Shown here in pieces: positions 57,805 to 64,000 of a stretch of 64,000 nucleotides of DNA (its first letter is position 1; each line of letters begins with the position of its first letter). Below the pieces are notes generated by a model. It saw only the letters and a program-made list of their open reading frames with translations. It did no database searches and had not been told where the DNA came from. This DNA comes from Nibricoccus sp. (lineage in GTDB: Bacteria > Verrucomicrobiota > Verrucomicrobiia > Opitutales > Opitutaceae), in assembly GCA_047602425.1 (NCBI GenBank), contig JASGHG010000001.1, positions 3,328,001 to 3,392,000 of the forward strand, given 5' to 3'. The position numbers were made by a program, and so were the translations under genes.

Positions 57805-59838
57805 TCAGCCGATCCAGGCGGCGATTTTTTCGATAATACCGTCGCGCGTAGGGCGGAAGGCGTGTTCCAACTCGGGCGCAAACGGCACGGGCAGGTCGAG
57901 CGAAGCGATGCGCAGCGGCGGTGCTTCGAGCGAGAAGAAAAGTTCCTCGGTTAGGCGCGCAACGAGTTCGGCGCCGAAGCCGTGGGTGCGCCGGCCTTCG
58001 TGTACGACGACGAGGCGGTGGGTGCGCGCCACCGAAGCGCGGATTGAATCTAGTTGCAGCGGCGAGAGGCAGCGCAGGTCGAAAAGGTCGAAGGTTTTCT
58101 CGTATTCACCCGTCAAATACTCGCAAGCCTCCTCGACGAGGTGAACCATTTCGCCATAGGTAACAACCGTGGCAAAATCGCCGGCGCGCACCAAACGCGG
58201 TTGCCAGACGGCGCGGTAATTCGGGTCCCAAACGACGGGGCGTTTGCCGCGACGGTACAGGGCTTTGTGCTCGAAGAGCATAACCGGGTTGTTGTCTTCG
58301 TAGGCTGCAAGCGTGGCGTTGAAGGCATCTTGGGGTGTGCTCGGATAAAGCGCCTTAATGCCGGGCATCGAGAGGAAGAAGGACTCCAACTCCTGCGAGT
58401 GGAAGGAGCCAAAGGTCAGACCGCCACCGCACGGCATCCGGAGAACGAGCGGAACCGCCGCGCCGGACCGAAAATGATAGGTCGCGGCATTTTGGGTGAT
58501 CTGCGTCGCGGCCTCGGTGGAGAAATCGGCGAATTGGAATTCCTCGATCGGGCGATGGCCGTTGAGGGCAAGGCCGATGGCATAACCGGTGCAGGCGCTT
58601 TCGGCGAGCGGTGTATTGAAAACACGACTACGGCCGAATTCCTTGTAAAGGCCGTCGGTGACCTTGAAGGCGCCGCCATATGTGGCGATGTCCTGGCCGA
58701 GTAGGAGCGACTCCATGCGTTCGGCAAGGATCTTGCGCAACGCGGCGTTGATCGCTTGAGCGGTATTGAGTGGTTCGGCTGTGGCCGGTGTGGGTTTCCA
58801 AACAAACGACTCGGGAGTGGCGGGGGCAAAAAGGTCGAGCTCCATGCCCGCCGGATTGGGCCGCGGCGTGGCGAGCGAAACCTTGATGCAGGCTTCAAGA
58901 AATTCCGAGAGCTCGGCGTCGAGCGCGTCGATGGCCTTGGCATGGCCGGCGGCGACGAGTTGAGCGCGAAATTTTTGGAGGGGATCGAGGGCTTGGATGG
59001 CGTCGAGCTCGCCGGGTTTTAAGTAGTCGCAGGTGTCGTACGCGGCATGGCCGCGGAGTCGTTGAACATGTGCCTCGATCAAAATGGGGCGCGAAGTGGA
59101 ACGGACTTTTTCTATGGCGGTGGCGAGTGTTTTGGCAGTGCCAGGCACATCGCCGGTGTCGACTGAAAAACCCTCGATGCCGTAGGCGGCGGCGCGTTGA
59201 AAGAGTTCGACGTTGGAAAACTGTTCGCTGACGGGAGTGGAATAAGCGAAGCGATTGTTCTCGATGATGAAGATAACGGGCAGGCCGAGCAGCGAAGCGA
59301 GATTGAGCGACTCGTGAACGTCGCCGGTGCTGGAACCACCGTCGCCGAATGCGGCAAAACCGACAGCGGGTTTGCCGAGACGGCGTTGTGAGTCGGTCGA
59401 GCCGAGGACATTGGAAAGCATCGAGCCAAGGTGGCTGATCATCGGCAGGGACCGGGCCTTCGGATCGCCGCGATGAATGTTGCCCTCGCGCGCTTTGGTG
59501 GGGCTATCGGCGTTGGCGAAATATTGATTGAGGTGACTACAGAGATGACCGCTCCAAATAAGATGTCCGGCAAGTCCGCGGTGGGTGAAGGAAACGACGT
59601 CGTTGGACTTGTCAGCGAGCAGCGCGAGGGGAACCCAGAGTCCTTCGCTGCCTTGGCCGCCGGTAACGGTGCCTTTGATCAGGCCTTGGCGGAAAAGTTC
59701 GAGGATGCGATTGTCGGCGGTCCGCGCGAGTTGCATCCATGCGTAAATGCGCAGGAGAGCGGTGGCTGGATTTTGGGCGAGCTCGGCCCCACGAAGATCG
59801 TGTTGCGCGAGGATGGCGGGAGGTTTTGGAAGAGCCAT
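57805..59838 (-). CDS. Fused 2-oxoacid dehydrogenase E1 alpha/beta subunit
   Basis: ThDP motif GDGG..N, RLRGH, LGQDI..YGGAFKVT.GL, NTPLAE, QFADF, FHSQ and FEHKALYR. Confidence 0.92.
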   Translation of the reverse strand: MALPKPPAILAQHDLRGAELAQNPATALLRIYAWMQLARTADNRILELFRQGLIKGTVTGGQGSEGLWVPLALLADKSNDVVSFTHRGLAGHLIWSGHLCSHLNQYFANADSPTKAREGNIHRGDPKARSLPMISHLGSMLSNVLGSTDSQRRLGKPAVGFAAFGDGGSSTGDVHESLNLASLLGLPVIFIIENNRFAYSTPVSEQFSNVELFQRAAAYGIEGFSVDTGDVPGTAKTLATAIEKVRSTSRPILIEAHVQRLRGHAAYDTCDYLKPGELDAIQALDPLQKFRAQLVAAGHAKAIDALDAELSEFLEACIKVSLATPRPNPAGMELDLFAPATPESFVWKPTPATAEPLNTAQAINAALRKILAERMESLLLGQDIATYGGAFKVTDGLYKEFGRSRVFNTPLAESACTGYAIGLALNGHRPIEEFQFADFSTEAATQITQNAATYHFRSGAAVPLVLRMPCGGGLTFGSFHSQELESFFLSMPGIKALYPSTPQDAFNATLAAYEDNNPVMLFEHKALYRRGKRPVVWDPNYRAVWQPRLVRAGDFATVVTYGEMVHLVEEACEYLTGEYEKTFDLFDLRCLSPLQLDSIRASVARTHRLVVVHEGRRTHGFGAELVARLTEELFFSLEAPPLRIASLDLPVPFAPELEHAFRPTRDGIIEKIAAWIG

Positions 59839-59954
59839 GTCCGCGAAAACGCTGAGCGGGTAGAGCGGGGTGCGCAAGCGCGAGATTTTGGGCCAGTCAG
59901 GGCTGGCTACGGCCTCTGGGGGGCACGCCTTCCTCAGCCGGAGGGCAAAATTGA

Positions 59955-60638
59955 TTAAAATTCCAACGCCTCGCCTGGTTTTAGCGCGTGCGCGACATGG
60001 CCCCGGGCAGTGGCAAGACTGACGAAGCGCAGCGGATCCACGCGGATGTTTTCGAAGGTATTGTAGTGCATGGGCAGCGCTTGTTTTGGCGTGAGGAGAT
60101 CGAGGGCGTCGACGGCGTCGTCGATGCCCATCGTATACCAATCGCCAATGGGCAGAAGCGCCAGATCGAGGTTGGCGCGACCGATGAGGCGCATGTCGGA
60201 AAACAACGCGGTATCGCCCGCGTGGTAGATTTTCTTGTCGGCTATGGTGACGAGAAAACCTCCGGGCGTGCCGAGCGGAAGATTGCGGCCGGCGGGTTGT
60301 TCGAGTGCGGAACTGTGAATGGCCGGGGTAAGTTTTACACGCCCAAAGGGGAGAGCAATGCTGCCTCCTTGCATCGGATCGAATGTTTCAGCGCCGAGCT
60401 CGGCGAAATATCGGGCAAGTTCGTAAGGAGCGACGATAGGCGCGCGGTTACGACGCGAGATCTCCAATGCATCGGCGCAGTGGTCTTCATGCGCGTGGGT
60501 GCAAAGAATAAAATCGCAGCGGACGTCAGCGGCGCGGATCGATGCACTGGGATTGCCTTCCAGCCAAGGGTCGAAAAGCAAGCGGTGCGACCCGGTTTCG
60601 AGCAGAAAGCAGGAATGGCCGAACCAAGTGATACGCAT
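59955..60638 (-). CDS. Metallo-beta-lactamase-fold hydrolase (UPF0173)
   Basis: WFGHSCF, THAHEDH, YHAGDTALF and PMHYNTF motifs. Confidence 0.93.
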   Translation of the reverse strand: MRITWFGHSCFLLETGSHRLLFDPWLEGNPSASIRAADVRCDFILCTHAHEDHCADALEISRRNRAPIVAPYELARYFAELGAETFDPMQGGSIALPFGRVKLTPAIHSSALEQPAGRNLPLGTPGGFLVTIADKKIYHAGDTALFSDMRLIGRANLDLALLPIGDWYTMGIDDAVDALDLLTPKQALPMHYNTFENIRVDPLRFVSLATARGHVAHALKPGEALEF

Positions 60639-60650
60639 AAAACGGACGGC

Positions 60651-61145
60651 TCAGTAGCGATCCATGATCTGATAAAACAGCCAGTAGGTGCCCACCGTGA
60701 CGAGGGCCGAGGCGGAGGCTGCGGCGATCTGCGTCTCCTGCATGGGAGGAAAATAAAAATATGCGCCCCAGATGAGACCGTTCAAGAGCACCACGGAAAA
60801 AAGAAAGTCACGTCGCCGCCGATTGGGCAGGCTTTTGAGCTTTTTGCGCGGCACCTGGGCCTCGGCCGCGGCGTTTTCCAGGAGAATTTGGTCCACTGAG
60901 ATGGTTTCGGTATTCGTTTCCTCGACCACCTCGATCTGTTTGGCTTTGAGCGAAAGGCTCTTCTTTTGCGGAAAAAACCTGGCAAGTAGTTCGGGTATTT
61001 CCCGCACGGCTTTCCAATCCTCCGTGCCCTCCGGTGCAAGCTGGGCGTCGGCGTCGAAAACGCGAACGGAGGCCATTTCTTCGAGAGCGGCATCGCTGAA
61101 GGGACCAGTTATTTTTTCACCAACTTTGAGGCGGAAGCGGGGCAT
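60651..61145 (-). CDS. Hypothetical membrane protein with GYF_2-like N-terminus
   Basis: GPFS..EG.EDWK...IPEL motif; two C-terminal TM helices. Confidence 0.65.
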   Translation of the reverse strand: MPRFRLKVGEKITGPFSDAALEEMASVRVFDADAQLAPEGTEDWKAVREIPELLARFFPQKKSLSLKAKQIEVVEETNTETISVDQILLENAAAEAQVPRKKLKSLPNRRRRDFLFSVVLLNGLIWGAYFYFPPMQETQIAAASASALVTVGTYWLFYQIMDRY

Positions 61146-61167
61146 GGTATTTGGAGACAGGCAAATA

Positions 61168-61632
61168 CTAACCTGTTGATCCTGATGGCTGCAAACCGAG
61201 TTTTTTGGCGAGACGGCAAAGCTCGGATTTTTCATCCGCCGTCAAAACTGCAAACTCAGCGGCGATGCGAGCGGCGACCTTCGGGAAAAGTTTTGCGATC
61301 AGGCCGCGGCCGCGCGGTGTGAGGCTGACCGTAATGAAACGCAGGTCGTCGGGTTGACGCACGCGTTTGATCAGCCCGGCCTTCTCAAGATTGCTGATCA
61401 CGAGTGTGAGATTTGCGGTGCTTTTCAGAAGTTTGGAGGCGAGCGACCCCTGACAAAGCGGCCCGAGATGGAAAAGCGTTTCCAAAACGGCGAACTGCGT
61501 AACGGTTAAATCGGCCGGAAGCGTTTCATGCACACGCGAAGTGACGGACTCAGTTGCGCGGCACAATTTAATGTACGCATCCAAGGAGGCGATTTCAGCC
61601 GGAGATCCTTGATAATGCGTAGGCATGTCCAT
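61168..61632 (-). CDS. MarR-family transcriptional regulator
   Basis: LTVTQFAVLETL..GPL.Q, NLT.VISNLEK.GLIKR..DLR...VSLT..G motifs. Confidence 0.93.
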   Translation of the reverse strand: MDMPTHYQGSPAEIASLDAYIKLCRATESVTSRVHETLPADLTVTQFAVLETLFHLGPLCQGSLASKLLKSTANLTLVISNLEKAGLIKRVRQPDDLRFITVSLTPRGRGLIAKLFPKVAARIAAEFAVLTADEKSELCRLAKKLGLQPSGSTG

Positions 61633-61816
61633 ACGGAATCCCCGAATAGTTCGATGTCAAACCATCGGCGCGCTTGCCCGTTAAGAGACGGCCCCGCGCA
61701 AACTTTTTGAGGAACCTTGCGTTCGCCAAATCCCGAACGATCCAAAGTAAGTAAACGAAAACGAAGAACCGCTTTTACCCCCAAAAGAATAATGCTCATC
61801 GCTCAGCCACACCACC

Positions 61817-61833
61817 TGCAACAGAGGTGCCAG
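61817..61833 (-). promoter_or_regulatory. Consensus sigma54 promoter
   Basis: Minus strand reads CTGGCACCTCTGTTGCA, an exact TGGCAC-N5-TTGCA. Confidence 0.75.
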
Positions 61834-61893
61834 CTTTGTTAACCAACCGGGAAAAATCCCAAGCGGGGTTTACCGCCGGGAGGCCGAAATACC

Positions 61894-61918
61894 GTTTGTC
61901 ATCTAATGGATGACAAAC
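61894..61918. promoter_or_regulatory. Perfect 10-bp inverted repeat (candidate activator site, or rpiB terminator)
   Basis: GTTTGTCATC-taatg-GATGACAAAC. Confidence 0.55.
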
Positions 61919-62028
61919 AGGCTGGTTTCCCCGAGCTAACGTTTCGAGCAAACATTTCGGTCGGCGTTTGATGCGACTGGGCGACTGGAATTAGGACGCG
62001 GGACGCCGCCGTCGACGAGCCCACCGAC

Positions 62029-62469
62029 TTAGGCTGGGTCGATTTTTTTGATGCGGGCGAGATGTCGGCCGCCTTCGAACTCGGTGGAGAGCCACGTCTT
62101 CACGATCTTGAGCGCTTCGGCTTCGGTCACCGTGCGTTCGCCGAGGGAAAGCACATTGCCGTCGTTATGAGAACGATTCCAGATGGCCACTTGCTCATTC
62201 CAGCAGAGGTCGCAACGCACGCCTTTGACGCGGTTGGCGACGATGGCTTCGCCGTTGCCGGAACCACCGAGGACGATACCGCGTTCAAATTCGCCACGGG
62301 CAACAGCTTCGGCTGTGGGCCGAATGAAATCGGGATAGTCGCATGCCGCGGCACTGTAGGTGCCGAAATCACGGACCGTATGGCCCTCGGCAAGAAGCAT
62401 GGTTTTGATGCTTTCTTTATATTTAAAACCGGCGTGATCGGACCCAATGGCGATGGTGAATGTCTTCAT
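62029..62469 (-). CDS. rpiB: Ribose-5-phosphate isomerase B
   Basis: IAIGSDHAG, DYPDF, GGSGNGE, HNDGNVLSLG and FEGGRH..RI motifs. Confidence 0.96.
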   Translation of the reverse strand: MKTFTIAIGSDHAGFKYKESIKTMLLAEGHTVRDFGTYSAAACDYPDFIRPTAEAVARGEFERGIVLGGSGNGEAIVANRVKGVRCDLCWNEQVAIWNRSHNDGNVLSLGERTVTEAEALKIVKTWLSTEFEGGRHLARIKKIDPA

Positions 62470-62554
62470 GAAGTGAACTCGTAAAATGTCGGGTTGTCGG
62501 TATGTTAGGGTCAACCCCCAGTCAGCAAACAAAATCAGCTTCCTCCCCACGCTT

Positions 62555-62983
62555 ATGAAATCCCAAGTCCTGTGCTTCGCCGCAGCTTTAGCTGCGTTAA
62601 CTTTTGTTTTTGTCGGATGTTCCACTACGGATTCGCGCGTCAAAGACAACCAGGCCGCCTTCAACGCAGCCCCGCCGGATGTGCAGGCCAAGATTCGCGA
62701 GGGCAAAGTCGCCGTGGGCTTTACTGAGGTGCAAGTGTTGATGGCGCTCGGCAAACCCGATCGGCGTTACACTCGCACGACGGCGGCGGGCACGACCGAC
62801 GTTTGGGCTTATGAGGATCACAAACCCTCTTTTAGTTTCGGCGTCGGCATGGCGAGCGGCGGTGGCGGCACGATGGTGGGCAGTGGCGTAGCCGTAGGCA
62901 CGGGCGATCGCAGCGGGGATAAACTCCGGGTGATTATGACCGGCGGGGTTGTTACGGCCTTGGAATCGCGCGGACGTCCCTGA
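62555..62983 (+). CDS. Lipoprotein, SmpA/OmlA (BamE)-like fold
   Basis: Lipobox FVGC; GFTEVQVLMALGKPD..WAY motif. Confidence 0.75.
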   Translation: MKSQVLCFAAALAALTFVFVGCSTTDSRVKDNQAAFNAAPPDVQAKIREGKVAVGFTEVQVLMALGKPDRRYTRTTAAGTTDVWAYEDHKPSFSFGVGMASGGGGTMVGSGVAVGTGDRSGDKLRVIMTGGVVTALESRGRP

Positions 62984-62999
62984 TTTGGATAAAAACCGA

Positions 63000-63677
63000 T
63001 CAATTCAACAACGACAAAAACCCCGGCCCATCGGAAAGATCGTGCAACGCGGCCGTTGGCCCATGCGAACGAAGCTGTTCCAGCGAGTAACGTCCGGTCG
63101 CCACTGCGATGGTGCGCGCGCCAACGGCTTTTCCGCACGCGATGTCGTGCGGTGTGTCGCCGATGACGAACACTTGGTCAGGGGTAAATTGCCGGCCGTG
63201 ATAGCTGGAGGCGCGGCGCAGCGCGTGAGGCCCGAGGTCGTTGCGATCCTCGGCGTCGTCGGCGAAAGCGCCGAAGGGAAAAGACGACCAGAGTTGAAGA
63301 TGGCTGAGTTTGATTTGCGCGCCGGATTGCAGGTTGCCTGTGAGCAGGCCTTGCGCGATGTCCGGCTGACTCGCGACATGGCGGACAATTTCGGCGACAC
63401 CGGGCAGCACGCGGGCTCGCGGATTGTGCATTTCCTGAGAGAGTCCCTTCAAATATCCGTCGAGGAAGCGCCGAATTTCCCCCGCCGAAGCGCGGCCAAA
63501 ATGATGTTCCAGAATGGTGCGGGCAATCCAGAGGTCCGTGCGTCCAAAATATTCGAGCCACGCGAAATCGTCCTCGATGCCGAATTCATGTTTCAGCGAA
63601 AAACGGAGGCCGCGTTCTCCGGCGCCGCCGGAATCGATCAGCGTGCAGTCAATATCCCAGAGCAGAAGTGTCTTCAC
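63000..63677 (-). CDS. HAD-family hydrolase
   Basis: WDIDCTL, GRTD, LLTGN and IGDTPHDIACG motifs; GTG start inferred. Confidence 0.9.
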   Translation of the reverse strand: MKTLLLWDIDCTLIDSGGAGERGLRFSLKHEFGIEDDFAWLEYFGRTDLWIARTILEHHFGRASAGEIRRFLDGYLKGLSQEMHNPRARVLPGVAEIVRHVASQPDIAQGLLTGNLQSGAQIKLSHLQLWSSFPFGAFADDAEDRNDLGPHALRRASSYHGRQFTPDQVFVIGDTPHDIACGKAVGARTIAVATGRYSLEQLRSHGPTAALHDLSDGPGFLSLLN

Positions 63678-63747
63678 ATTAAAAACTTCATTCTCGCGGC
63701 CAGCCTCACCGGTTGCGAGCCCAAGCTTTCCTGAATAATTTATCGCC

Positions 63748-64000
63748 ATGAAAACGTTCATTAGTTTCGTCGCCTGTCTCACTCTCGCCTTTCTGGCCGG
63801 TTGCTCCACGCCGGAAGCGCGGATCAATCAAAACCCAGAGGCTTTTGCCAAGCTTAGTCCTGGCGACCAGCAACTCATTCGCGAGGGCAAGGTCGCGGTT
63901 GGTTTTACTCAGGAGATGGTCAAGCTCGCACTCGGCGATCCAGATAAAATCTACACGCGCACCGATGCCAACGGAGTGAACGAAGCGTGGAGTTATACGA
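63748..64000 (+). CDS. Lipoprotein paralogous to 62555-62983 (runs off the window)
   Basis: My translation: MKTFISFVACLTLAFLAGCSTPEARINQNPEAF..IREGKVAVGFTQEMVKLALGDPDKIYTRTDANG..WSY. Confidence 0.8.
   Translation, partial: MKTFISFVACLTLAFLAGCSTPEARINQNPEAFAKLSPGDQQLIREGKVAVGFTQEMVKLALGDPDKIYTRTDANGVNEAWSYT

Noticed and set aside
61506..61799. 97-aa ORF immediately behind the sigma54 promoter
   Set aside because: It overlaps marR out of frame, has no room for an RBS and shows no recognisable motif. An RNA or leader is the more plausible reading, though the ORF is not excluded.

Overview
A GC-rich bacterial window, most consistent with Opitutaceae (Verrucomicrobiota). This is inferred from a VPDSG-CTERM-like protein, DUF5069, GGGGAP-type C-terminal sorting tails and the lptB-hprK linkage. 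About 1-34 kb is accessory: small stress or detoxification genes (AKR, three VOC-family genes, SRPBCC, GNAT, RarD, PAP2, serine hydrolase, a frameshifted DHFR/RibD-like gene), FtsH and Gre-like genes, large secreted repeat proteins (delta-60, DUF4082) and several families of GTAG-type REP-like palindromes. A 16-21 kb island holds an orphan helical gene, a phased array of 15 units of 21 nt and a lower-GC membrane-anchored HEAT-repeat/NACHT gene; this is the most unusual part of the window. About 34-64 kb is mostly core: sucCD, a CII-like regulator, a urea uptake/urease cluster with sigma54-type promoter motifs (porin, urtABCDE, ureABC, then ureEFGD after four unrelated genes), rph, hprK, lptBAC, kdsC, a fused E1 alpha/beta gene, MarR, rpiB and two paralogous lipoproteins. 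I saw no rRNA, tRNA, CRISPR array, transposase or integrase. All calls come from reading motifs by eye; no searches were run.
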